This document shows positions 40,225-53,353 of a DNA stretch of 64,000 bases, in pieces. The notes below the pieces were generated by a model. It was not told the DNA's origin. It worked only from the letters and a program-made list of their open reading frames with translations, and made no database searches. The stretch's first letter is position 1. Each line of letters opens with the position of its first letter. The translations under genes were made by a program, and so were the position numbers. Origin of the DNA: Eledone cirrhosa (lineage: Eukaryota); assembly GCA_964016885.1 (NCBI GenBank), contig OZ024743.1:17422001-17486000 (forward strand), in the 5' to 3' direction.

Positions 40225-41095
40225 AACAAATTCAATCTGTGAACGCAGAAGTGAATATTTCAAAAAACGTTGAAGACTAAATAAATATATATATATATAC
40301 ATTTATATATATGATAACACGTTCACAATTTCCAATCTGACATACAGTAATTTAATTGTCATCTGATTGAGTTTCAACATAGTTTTCTGTCCATTCTACT
40401 TCAAAATAGGCCCTCATTTATATCTTCCGTAGCGCATGGTTTATAGTTCTTTTTAAAGGACATGTAACATCGGCGGACTAGCCCGGTGCCTAATAATTCG
40501 ATTTGAATAAAATGTATAATGCTATACGTTCCTTGATCTTTGAAGAAAGGTTTTCCCATGCTCTTGTGTATCAACGAATCAGGAGAATGATTGAACTTGA
40601 TGGATTTATGAAAATAATGATTGGTTTTGAAGGTGCGCGTTGTAATTTTATAATGTGCGTCCTTAATATTGGTAATAAAGTAATATTAATAGAGGCGCAA
40701 TTGTGCTAAATCTCAAATTGGCGGAAATTATGCATTCACTTAAAGAGTGGACTTACCAAGTAATATGGAAAATTATCACCGAGGGCCATCACTGTGAGGA
40801 TTTGTTTGATGATCAACACAGATATGGTGCTCGTAATTAAAATAAACACGGAAACCAAAAAATCACATACTTCAGAGCCATACACGAACCTAGGGAATTA
40901 CATTGAATTGCTCAAAAAGTATTGCCATGACCTGTATTACCCCACGTAATTATATCTGTCTCATCTACGTCAATTGCACTTCAGTTTGTCACTTCTTTGA
41001 TTTCCGATTGCTCTGTTTACCTATTAAATTTATATACCCATTTGAGAATAGCAATGCATAAATTATTCATATTTATAAATAAATATAAGTGTGTA

Positions 41096-41184
<89 letters not shown>

Positions 41185-41596
41185 GAGAGAGAGAGAAAGA
41201 AAAAGAGATTGAGTGAGTGTGTATGCGTTGAGCAATGTAATCAGAAGTTGACATTTAGTGCTTAATATGTTCATTACTTTATGATCGATTCAGAAGATTG
41301 AGTGATCATGTTAAATCGATATAATGACTAATTAATAGTAATCATATAACATCATATTATTTGTCTCGGTACAATAAATCCATCTCACTCTCATTACCTG
41401 ATCAATTTGGAATCATTACTTCAGGACAATATGGAATTCTAACATTGTTACTGGCCCGCCCTACTATATGTATATATATATATATTGGTACGGTATATAT
41501 ATAATATATATATATATATAAGTATTGAAATTTCCGTTGGAAACAGAAAAGGTCATAGAAGTGAAGAGTGCTCTATGTAAGTATCAAAGCAAAATT

Positions 41597-41806
41597 TAAT
41601 GTATAAAAATCAATACAATATAATTACCTCATTACCAGAGGTTTCCCGAATGAGGCGAATACGAAATAAACGTCTTCATTCGTTCGTCAGACGAGGCAAT
41701 ATATTGCCTCGTCTGACGAACGAATGAAGACGTTTATTTCGTATTCGCCTCATTCGGGAAACCTCTGGTAATGAGGTAATTATATTGTATTGATTTTTAT
41801 ACATTA
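41597..41806. repeat. Perfect 105 bp-arm palindrome carrying two complete hammerheads back to back
   Basis: Centre at 41701/41702; plus-strand HHR 41707-41776; minus-strand mirror 41627-41696. Confidence 0.9.
41707..41776 (+). ncRNA. Type I hammerhead ribozyme
   Basis: CCTCGT-CTGACGA-A-CGAATGA...TCATTCG-G-GAAA-CC(tct)GG-TA-ATGAGG; GUA triplet. Confidence 0.78.
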
Positions 41807-41964
41807 TATATATTGTTATACTTTGGGAGGGTCATGTTGCCAATAAGAAACACACGCACCAGTTGCTATCACTTAAAATTTATTATAATCAATTTATAAA
41901 TTTAGGAATTTATAAATTTCCGGTTGGTTGGTTGGTTCCACAACCATGTAGTTGTTTATATATT

Positions 41965-42007
41965 GTCAAAGTTCTTTCGTCACACATTATGTGACCTCTT
42001 CAGTGAC
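41965..42007 (-). ncRNA. Minimal type I hammerhead in the PLE 3' region
   Basis: GTCA-CTGAAGA-G-GTCACAT(aat)GTGTGAC-GAAA-GAAC-TT-TGAC. Confidence 0.72.
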
Positions 42008-42210
42008 TGGGGATACTTTTCTTTGTTTTTGTGCCTCTCCTTTGTTCTCTCCTACGCCATTTTGTTTCTGTGTGTCTGTGTTGTGCGCTCAGTCTGCGCA
42101 TGCGCCACATCCGGGTGTCTGTGTGTGTTTATATTCGTTTATTTATTTGTTTATTTACATGTTACAGGTTGGTTGTTTGTTCTATTGGCGTGTCTGTTTT
42201 CATTTTGTCC

Positions 42211-45200
42211 TTAATTGTAAGTTGTGATGTTTCTGTTCCACTCATATTTTCTATTTAATTTTGGTTGTAATTCTTTTATGTTTATTGCCTCTGTGATTTG
42301 TCTAAACATTGCGTCTTTTCTGTGTGTAGATTCTATTTTTATTTCTATGTTCTCTAATTTACCCTTATGTTCTATTTTAGCATGTTTGTAGAGTACAGAT
42401 GATTCTTTACTCTCTTGAAGGTCTCGCCAGTGTTCATTTATCCGTTCCCCTACACTGCGAGCTGTTTCACCTATGTACACTATATTTTTGTCTCTACATT
42501 GTCCTTCAGTACATCTTATGCTATATACTACATTTCTAGTGTTACAGTTAATATGGGGGCTTAATTTACAGGTTATACATTTCTTATCTATACAGGGGGG
42601 TCTTTGAAAAGGGTATGTCTTGCTAATAAGTGTTTTTACGGAGGTACCTGATCTTTCTACTATCTTAATATTGAGTTCATGTTTATCTAGGGCCCTTCTA
42701 TATTTGTAAGCTAATTCACCTCTAGGGGTTGTATCGATGAACATTACACTCTGGTATTTATTGATATCATACCATGAGTTTATTCTATTAGTCTTATTCC
42801 TAGTTCTTTCTATTCTATTCCAAAATTTGCTCCTATACAAGGGGCAGGTTCCATTTGTGTCATTATTTACCATTTTTCCCATTTGGTTCTGGCTCCTCTA
42901 TACACTCTGATTTTATCTCTCTGATTGTAACCATAGAACTGCATACGGTGGATGAAGTGTTGTATGTGTCTCTCTAGTTCTTCGGGGTTGCACATGTGGG
43001 ACACGTTTCTCATCACCCGTACCAAATCCGCAATCAGTATGTTGATTTTGGTATGGTCCGAAACAGCTGAGTTTCGGTGGATCAGATATTTGGAAGTCAT
43101 GGATTTGGCATAATGGGAATGGAGGATTTGTTTTTTATTATTAATGGTATCTAACCAGAGCTCTGTGTCTAGTACAGGTAATCGATGTTTGGGGTGTTTA
43201 CTTGGGTAGTATATAGTAACTCTAATACTCTGGTGGATGGAGTTAGCTATTTGCTGGATGCTTTCCATTGTGTTTTTCTCTAATTCCTGACTGTTCTCTA
43301 GTGGGGGTGTTTTAACTACGATGGTTATGTCATCAACGTAGCGGGAGTACATTATGAGGGTTAAGGGTCTTCTAATTGTTCTTTAAGTTTAAGTTTAAGT
43401 CTACTGTCCCACCATACTATGAATAAGTTAGCTATGTGCCTGCAATGCTAACACCAATGGCTGCTCCTTCCTCTTGGGCATATGTTTTTCCATTAAATTT
43501 GAACATATGTTCCTTAAGGGTTAATTTTATGCTGGCCCCCACCGCATATGCAATCATTTTCTTCAGTTCATCGTTGTTTTCGGGTGTCCGTATGGCTCTG
43601 GTCCACCCGTTCCATCTATATGTGTGGGTTTTCTTGGCCATTGAGGTAATGGTAGGTGGTCTGCCTCTTGCTGATCTTGTAGGGCACAGGCTGCTAAGGT
43701 CATATGTGTCTAGGTAATTATTACTATAGGTAAGTTTGAGTAGGAGTCCCAGCTCACTGGTATCAATCCCACGGAACTCAACATTGTTCTCACTGATCAT
43801 TTCTACGCATTTCTCCACAGCAAAATCCACGTCAATAGATGGATACAGGGACACAACATCCATGCTACCTATTATGCAGTTTGTTAGGTCCCTAGATCGG
43901 TTACTCTCGCTGATTCTGCTGAGGAGGTCCTCCGTGCTGGCACATACATCTGGGGACATTTCAATCATGGGGCGTATGATCAGGGAGAGGAAGTAGGACA
44001 GTCTGTAGTTACTAGCCATGTTAGCTCCACAGACTGGCCGTGTTGGTGGTCCCGTAACAGGGTCACTGCCCGTTTTATGGTATTTTCGAAGCCCATACAA
44101 CGCCGGCACGTCATTGTTCCAGGCCTGGAAGTTGATTGCAGTCCTTTTGTTGGGCTGCATTATATTCGTCCACATCACCATATGGGCATTGAGGGCTTTT
44201 TCTCTATCCTCATGCTCATGTGGTGTTACTTCTCTTGTGTTAGTGATGTGGGGTTGCATTGCCTGGATGTAGTTTGGCAGGCTGTCAACCGACATTCTAC
44301 CAGACTTGTCTGTTGGAAAGCATGCTATCTCTCCATTACGCGAGCGCTGCATGAGCTTACGCAAGCCATTTGCAGATTTGTCTCCCAGTTGCTGGGCCTC
44401 CATTCTATTATGCTTCTTGCTATACTGTTCTATAATATTTCTAAGTTCGGATTTAGCTAAACTAAATTGTGCTCTGTGTGTTCATCGACCTGCGACGGCA
44501 ATTGCGTGCGTTTGTTAAATGGTAAAGTCGTGGCATGGACTCGTCACAGGTCGAACGACTTATCGGAGGGATTATAAAACGTAGAGTTTCAGGCTGTTGC
44601 TTTATGTGTACTAGTGCCATTGTTATTGTTAGTTGTGTTGTTTCTATTTCTATTTCCACCAACAACCTCATGGTTGTTTCTATGTCTCTCATTATTACTC
44701 CTGTCTCTTTCCACTGGCTCATTATTATTATCTACTCTATTTTGTGTGTCTGTGTGTTCGTCTTGGTTATTTTATTTGTCCATAGTCTCCCTTCCCCTTT
44801 TAATCCTATTACCTTCCCTTATTTCTGTGCTACTGTCATTACCTGTTTTCTGTGTCTGTGTGTTTGTTAAGATTGTGGTGGTGGTGAGAGGCATTGAATG
44901 TGTGTGTGCTGATGTTGTTGTTGATGTGTGCTGTTGTTGATGTGTGTTGTTGTTGTTGTCTCCGCGTGTGTTATTATTGTTATGTGTGTTGTTATTGTTG
45001 TTTGTGTCTGCGTATCTGTTGTTGTTGTTTCTGAGTATGTTATTAATGTTGATATGTGTGTTGTTGTTATTGTTGTTTGTGTCTGTGTGTCTGTTGTTGT
45101 TGGGATGTGTGTTGTATATTGGTGTGCGTATGTTGTTACCTTTGTTTTTGTTTTTGTTTTTGAGGCTCCAACGTAATTTTGTAAATGATTTTTCTATTTC

Positions 45201-45300
45201 TGACAAACAACTAATCATATTTACCTTCTTGAATGTCGCATATTTAGGCGGTAGTTGTAATATAGATCATTCATTAGGGTCTACTGCAGTGTTGCGGATT
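42211..45300 (-). pseudogene. Frameshifted PLE polyprotein (RT-thumb-GIY-YIG)
   Basis: PTDKSG, LYGLRKYHK, RPVC, SMDVVSLYPSI, QEEGAAIG, RYVDD, LPVLD, C..KCITC, NVVYSIRC...YIGET, RQITEA in ORFs 43432-44403, 42867-43352 and 42211-42882. Confidence 0.93.
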
Positions 45301-46965
45301 TGGTATGGGTGATGAGAAACGTGTCACGCATGTGCAACCCCATATATCTAGAGAGACACATACAACACTTCATCCACCGTATGCAGTTCTCTGGTTACAA
45401 TCAGAGAGATAAAATCAGAGTGTATAGAGGAGCCAGAACCAAATGGAAAAAAAATGGTAAATAATGACACAAATGGGACCTACCCCTTGTATAGGAGCAC
45501 ATTTTGGAATAAAATAGAAAGAACTAGGAATAAGGCTAATAGAATAAACTCATGGTATGATAGCAATAAATACCAGAGTTTAATGTTCATCGATACAACC
45601 CCTAGAGGTGAATTAGCTTACAAATTTAGAAGGGCCCTAGATAAACATAAACTCAATATTAAGATAGTAGAACGACCAGGTACCTCCGTAAAAACACTTA
45701 TTAGCAAGACATACACTTTTTAAAGACCCCCTGTATAGATAAGAAAGGTATAACCTGTAAATTAAGACCACATATTAACTGTAAAACTAGAAATGTAGTA
45801 TCTAGCATAAGATGTACTGAAGGACAATGTAGAGACAAAGATATAGTGTACATAGGTAAGACAGCTCGTAGTGTAAATGAACACTGGCGAGACCCTCAAG
45901 ATAGTAAAGAATCACCTGTACTCTACCAACATGCTAAAATAGAACATAAGGGTAAATTAGAGAACATAGAAATAAAAATAGAATCTACACACAGAAAAGA
46001 CGCAATGTTTAGACAAATCACAGAGGCAATAAACATAAAAGAATTACAACCAAAATTAAATAGAAAATATGATTGGAACAGCAACATCACAACTTACAAT
46101 TATGGACAAAATGAAAACAGACACGCACATATAACAAACAACCAACCTGTAACATGTAAATAAACAAATAAATAAACGAATATAAACACACACAGACACC
46201 CGGATGTGGCGCATGCGCAGACTGAGCACACAACACACACACAGAAACAAAATGGCGTAGGACAGAACAAAGGAGAGGCACACAAACAAAGAAAAGAATC
46301 CCAGTCACTGAAGAGGTCACATAATGTGTGACGAAAGGACGTTGACAATATATAAACAACTACCTGTTTGTGGAACCAAACAACCAACCGGAAATTTATA
46401 AATTCCTAAATTTATAAATTGATTATAATAAATTGAAGTTAAAGCAACTGGTGCGTGTGTTTCTTATTGGCAACATGACCCTCCCAAAGTATAACAATAT
46501 CGGTTTCAACACACGTTTTCAGATAAAGAATCTTGCTAAACAAATTCAAAAACGAAATATATATATATATATATATATATTTCAGTTTAGTAGTCAGTTA
46601 CAAATATTAAGCTCTAAGAAAATACTTCTGAGCATTACATTACAATTTAAAAATATATATGAACTAACACTAATGTGTTTTTTTTTGCAAAATGACAATC
46701 ATGTTTTATGTGTCCTTATCTTTAATTATTGTAACTGATTTTGGTCTTATATGTATCGGCTTTTTGCGGTGACGCTTCGTCCAAGCACACCACTCTTCTA
46801 AGTCATGCATGCTACACATGGATCGTTCTTGTGATATAGGTCGGTAGAGTTTATACTATTGATCTAATTCCTCTTTATAACGCCCTGGTGAGTCCTGCAA
46901 TTATGCAAGGACGAAACACTGTCAGCAAATAAAATTAATTGATGATGTAAGCGCTCTTTGTTTTC

Positions 46966-47040
<75 letters not shown>

Positions 47041-47267
47041 ATTTATATATGTCTGTGTATGTGTGTGACTGCATTTGACTGAAGGGAGAAACGAGTACTC
47101 CATATACCGACTATTATTAAGATTATCCTTCTGTCTTTAAATAGTCAAAAGATCCGACGAAGCTTACAACACACACACATACACACGCATACGAAAGCAC
47201 ACTTGCACATTCACACACACACTTATATATATTGGGTGTGTGTACATATATACATATATATATATAT

Positions 47268-48320
47268 AGTGAAAAATGAACGGGAACAAAACAGAGAGAC
47301 AATACGAACAAAGGTTTATTAATTTCACGCTCTTGAGAGTGGGGTGGGGCTGGGGAACGACGTTTCGGGCATAAGCCCTTCTTCAGGTGAAAAGGGTGTG
47401 GGAAGAGAGTTCAAAGGGTGTGTAGGGGAGTGGTGGAGAGACATATAGCAAAAAGGGGGTGAGAGGAAATGGTGCAAATGAACTTAAAAATAAAGGCATG
47501 ATCAAAATAAAATTAAAATGAGGTAAAACAGGTGGTGGAAGGGTGTGGGGCGTGTACGGGTGATGGCGGGTGGAGTGGGGAGAGGGAGATGGGGTGTCCT
47601 TGCGGGCAGGGCTGAAGGTTGTGTGTGTGTGTAGGTGTACGTGTGTGTGTGTGTGTGTGTATGTGAAAGCAAGGGTTGGGGGAAGAACGGGGTTGCATGT
47701 TCAGGTAGAGGTGTGTGTGGGGTGGGGTGTAGGTCGGAGTAGGTGTGTGCGTGTGGATAGAGGGGTGGGGAGAGAGGATTCCGGAGACTGAATGTGTAAA
47801 TATGTGGTGGTACGCACGTGTGTGTGTGGTGTGTATGCGTGTTGTGGATGTAGGTGGCGTGTGGCAAAAAAAATGTTTTGGGGTGTGTTTTTGGGGTGAG
47901 TCGCAAGGTAATTCCGTAAAAAGATGGGATGCGGTAGATTCTCGGGATCAAGGTTCATATATGTGTAATCCATGAAGAGATTGGTCGGAAGAGGGGAGAT
48001 GTGGGGTGCGCGCGCAACAGGAAGTGGTCAAAGGGTCAAGGCAGGAGGAGGGTTGTGTGTCTGTGTGTGCGGGGAGGTGGTCAGAGGGCATAGCAGCAGT
48101 AGGGTAGAATGGGAAGTGAAGGATTGTCAGTGTGTGCGGAGATGCGGTGGACAGGGGAGAGGATGGGTATGTGTGAAAGTTGGAGTGAGGAGGGGGTGTG
48201 TGTGTATTAGTAGAGGTGTTGTGGGATGAGTGAGTGTTTGAGAAAGGGTGTGGCTGGAGTGGGGAGAGAAGGGTTTGGGGACCGATGGAGGGAGTGTAGT
48301 GTACCGGTGTGTGTGTGTGG

Positions 48321-48323
<3 letters not shown>
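47268..48323 (-). mobile_element. C/A-rich PLE-derived remnant with minimal hammerhead (47357-47389)
   Basis: CTGAAGA-A-GGGC(ttat)GCCC-GAAA-CG-TC, a classic PLE minimal HHR core with weak helix I; peptide IPRIYRIPSFYG...KTH resembles a PLE RT N-terminal motif; flanked by (TA)n. Confidence 0.65.
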
Positions 48324-48354
<31 letters not shown>

Positions 48355-48357
<3 letters not shown>

Positions 48358-48541
48358 CAGAGCTACTACATGGCCAGAACCGCTCCACTAGTGTGAAATC
48401 ATATGGAAGCTTCCTAATGATTTCCCTCGAGTGGAGCGGTTCTGGTCCTGTAGAAGCTCTTCTATATTAAAACATTTATACTCTACCATATATTGAGTAC
48501 CTTACTTACTGTGGTCACCTCCGATTTAAACTGGAATAACT
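48355..48541 (+). mobile_element. Decayed mini fold-back of family D
   Basis: AGCTTC-CTAATGA...GGAG-CGG(ttctggtc)CTG-TA-GAAGCT plus its inverse and the family D tail. Confidence 0.7.
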
Positions 48542-49336
48542 TATATATATATATTCACATATATATATTCATATATAGATATGCGTGTGTGTGTATATAT
48601 ATATATATGTGAGTGTGTGTTTGCGTATGTGTCTCTGTGTCTGTGTGGAAAGCTTAATCATATCTTTAGACTATTGAAAGACAAAAAGATCATCTGAAAA
48701 ATAGTCCGTATATCATCCGAATAATAGTCCTCTGAATAGTCATTCATGTTCGCCTGTATGTATGTGTGTATGTTTTCTGGTGTGTGTGTATTGGTGCATA
48801 TGTGTGAGTGTATATACATGTATAAGCCTATGCATGTTGCATATGTGTCAATATTAGATAAAGCTGCGTGATCGTATTCATTTATCTTATCACACAAACA
48901 ACTGAAAAAAAAAGTTCCTCATCTATAGATAAATGCATACATATCTACATGTATATTGCCTACGGATTTTCCTGCAGGTTATACGTTCAGGTGTATACAC
49001 AACGTTATTAAACATTTGCAAAAATATTGACGTAAAATATTTTCAATTCATGATGCAACGAGAAATTTAATTAAACCTACGAAGTATTTACCCAAACCAT
49101 GAAAGCAATAATGGCTAAAATATGACATACAAAAATACTTGAATCGATTCAAAGTATGTTCATATTAATCCCATTAAAATTTTATTAAAATAATAGCCAA
49201 ATCCATCATCAGATGATAAAGAAATAAACAAATATGAAGTATATTTGAAGCGAGCATAAATTTATTCCACAATATACAGTTATATGCATATATATAAACA
49301 TACACAAAAACTTACACATACACACATGTGTATATA

Positions 49337-49436
<100 letters not shown>

Positions 49437-49760
49437 ATATATATTCATATATATATGAATATAAGTAAAATATTTATCGAAATATTTTCTATATACTAAA
49501 ATGGGTTCATTTATGGTTTTTTCATGATGTATTGATATTTTATTAGAATATTTTATAATTTCCAATTTCGGTGTATTATTCATAAACCGACTGTAATATT
49601 AAAGAAACAGTTATTAGTTCGCTTCTTAATAGAATTGAATATGTGTACGCACACACACACACCCACGCACACACATACACACACACACATACACACATAC
49701 ATACACATACACACACACACACACACTTATATATATATATATATATACATACATATATAT

Positions 49761-50193
49761 ACTAGACCTGAAAAAAAGAGCGACAGAACGTTATAATAAA
49801 CCTTCAAATGTGTGGGACTAGAGTTGTTGCTCAAGAATATTGTAATCATTAACTATCGTACACTCTGTTGCATCCTTTTATAAAAAAGAGACTCATAACG
49901 AACTCAAAACCACACGATAATTATTTAAGCTAATGTTCAATATCTCATATTAGATGTTTAGTAATGATTAATACGAAATGCACTTAAAGCGAATTCTATA
50001 TTATAAATTCACTTAAATAATTATCGTGTCGTCTTGAGTTCGTTATGAGTCTCTTTTTTTATAAAAGGATGCCACAGAGTCTACGATAGATAATGATTAC
50101 AATATTTCTGAGCAACAACTCCAGTTCCACATTTTGAAGGTTTATTACAACATTCTGTGGCTCTTTTGAGCTTGCTTATTTTTCAGGTCTAGT
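49761..50193. repeat. ~170 bp inverted repeat insertion between (TA)n tracts
   Basis: 49761-49929 vs 50011-50193 reverse complement, diverged. Confidence 0.8.
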
Positions 50194-50230
50194 TTTTGTT
50201 AAGGCAACGCTTGTAATAACTCTAGTTAAA

Positions 50231-50291
<61 letters not shown>

Positions 50292-51004
50292 TAATAAATT
50301 ATCGTTCTAATGGAATTAGGTTATATAATTGTTATTTTATAAATGATCTTATAAAGATCATTGTAAGATGTATAAAAAATATTTTTCAGATTTTTAGTAT
50401 AAACAACTACAAAAACAATCAGTATTAAATAAATATATTTTACATAATAATTATTAGAGTTGAATTAATAAAATTTAAATATTACATACAAATAGTCTAA
50501 CATAATAATAAAAAAATAATCTAACATAATAATAATAAAATAATATAACATAAAACGAACAATAATGTAGACAAATATACAGGTAAATATGATACAAACA
50601 ATATTATAAGCATGGTCTAACGAACTGAAAAAAAAAGTAGTTAATATAAATTAAAAAAGTCATATATAAATTAACAATATAACTTACCAAAACGAGAGCA
50701 ATATTCTGATGATAAACGACGAAATACAGGAGGAAGATTCGAAAGCGAAACGATAAATAAATGTGCAACAAAAGTGCGGATGCTTTTAAGCAACAATTAC
50801 TGACGTTGGTTGAATAGCCAATAAGACGATAACATTAGCCAATAAGACGATACATTACAAAACATGTTTGGCAGCGATCACCACGGCCCGCGACAGTCCT
50901 TGAATATATATAAGCTACGCGTATATGTCAAGACATGCAGACTTAAAACATTCTGTTGTTAGTCACTGCGTGTCTAACAGATACATATATACATACATAT
51001 ACAA

Positions 51005-51045
<41 letters not shown>

Positions 51046-51103
51046 TGCATATATATATATATATATATATAAATATATGTATATATATAAATATATGTAT
51101 AAC

Positions 51104-51165
<62 letters not shown>

Positions 51166-51170
<5 letters not shown>

Positions 51171-52497
51171 AAGAATGTATATCTAGTAACATATATATAC
51201 ATACAAATGAATATCGATGCTAGCAAATATATAGGTTTTGTCTTAATAACATTGTGGTTCAATGCATGGGGTTGCAGAACAATAATATAAGAGACGTAAG
51301 ATAAGAAAGTTATAAAATTAACTTACTTACTAAAATATCACTTCCAACTAATTAGTTTCTGGAACGGAGTAGATACATCTTCCGAAGAAGGTGTAGAGAA
51401 ACATCCCGTCATCCGGAAAGTCTATTCTCATATAAGTTCCAGGCAAATCGAGGACACTGGAAGCTTATTAAAAAATAAATCAGTGAATAGGAAATAGCAA
51501 AGCGTGGACTTACTTCCAAGCCATTGAGAAAATCACTGCCTCTGTGTCTGTGGCAAATTCAAAAAGAATCGAACACGTGACACCGAGGTCAATCGGTGGA
51601 AAGTGGGTTGTTAATAAGACAGCGGCCAGCCTACTACCGTAGAAGCAGTCATGGCCAGTATTGCTCGACAAATATTTTGGAGATAATAATAAAGTATTTA
51701 TATCTAGTAACATATATATATACATACAAATGCATATCGATGCTAGCAAATATATAGGTTTTGTCTTAATAACATTGCGGTTCAATGCATGGGGTTGCAG
51801 AACAATAATATAAGAGACGTAAGATAAGAAAATTATAAAATTAACTTACTTACTAAAACTTACTTACTTGCAACTAATTAGTTTCTGGAATGGAGTAGAT
51901 ACATATTAACTAATTAGTTGGAAGTGATATTTTAGTGAGTAAGTTAATTTTATAATTTTCTTATCTTACGTCTCTTATATTATTGTTTTGCAACCCCATA
52001 CGTTGAACCACAATGTTATTAAGACAAAACCTATATATTTGCTAGCATCGATATGCATTTGTATGTATATATATATGTTACTAGATATAAATTATTTATT
52101 ATTATCTCAAAAATATTTGTCGAGCAATACTGGCCATGACTGCTTCTACGGTAGTAGGCTGGCCGCTGTCTTATTAACAACCCACTTTCCACCGATTGAC
52201 CTCGGTGTCACGTGTTCGATTCTTTTTGAATTTGCCACAGACACAGAAACAGTGATTTTCTCAATGGCTAGGAAGTAAGTCCACGCTTTGCTATTTCCTA
52301 TTCACTGATTTATTTTTTAATAAGCTTCCAGAGTCCTCGCTTTGCCTGGAAACTTATATGAGAATAGACTTTCCTGATGACGGGATGTTTCTCCACACCT
52401 TCTTCGGAAGATGTTTCTACTCCATTCCAGAAACTAATTAGTTGGAAGTGATATTTTAGTAAGTAAGTTAATTTTATAATTTTCTTATCTTACGTCT

Positions 52498-52500
<3 letters not shown>
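51166..52500 (+). mobile_element. Retrozyme-like family B2: inverted block longer than one unit (51166-51905) plus direct block (51908-52500), in (TA)n
   Basis: Homologous to 8405-9350; HHR at 52368-52449 (+) and 51340-51421 (-, core CGGATGA). Confidence 0.88.
52368..52449 (+). ncRNA. Type I hammerhead, family B2
   Basis: ACTTTC-CTGATGA-C-GGGAT...ATTCC-A-GAAA-CTAATTAG-TT-GGAAGT; apical CTTC-TTCG-GAAG hairpin in helix II. Confidence 0.75.
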
Positions 52501-52593
<93 letters not shown>

Positions 52594-52605
52594 TATAATA
52601 CATAC

Positions 52606-52646
<41 letters not shown>

Positions 52647-53108
52647 GTGTGTGTGTGTCTATGTATAAACGCAAACATGTTTTGGACATGAGGCATGCTG
52701 ATGCTCAAGTGTTACTTATTAAATATTTATTCTGGTCTGCATGGTTTTGCATATCACACGCATACGGAAAATATTAATTATATATGTTGCTCTAATATGT
52801 TGATTGATTCCTTTGGATTATAATTGCATATTTTTGTCTTTCGGTGAATGTGATGGTTACTTTGCGCTTTTCAAGTTCCACGGTATATTTATATTTAAGA
52901 ATTCGGAATTTACATACGTAATTTTATTGTTACATGTAATAATACATTGTTGAAACATTAACTTCTGAAGACATGTCGTTTTTATTTGACTGAAACCTGT
53001 TTATAATGTGGAACGTTGAGCATTTCATTCGAAGGCGATCGAAATAGTTGTATCTGTATTTTCTTTTTTGTTTTTACAGACAAATGGACTTTCTGTATAA
53101 ATGGGTGA

Positions 53109-53181
<73 letters not shown>

Positions 53182-53192
53182 TCTCTTTATGG

Positions 53193-53353
<161 letters not shown>

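Larger units (their letters stand above)
41811..46499 (-). mobile_element. Near full-length PLE with ~1.2 kb inverted terminal duplication (45307-46499 is the reverse complement of 41811-43018)
   Basis: RT plus GIY-YIG ORF remnants; HHR at 41965-42007 (-) and 46304-46346 (+); left end abuts a TA tract. Confidence 0.93.

Noticed and set aside
49953-49990. GTAATGA..GAAA-TGCA between the inverted repeat arms
   Set aside because: Core has two mismatches and there is no helix II; not supportable as an HHR
50706-50730. CTGATGA...GAAA hammerhead-like words
   Set aside because: No helix II or helix I pairing
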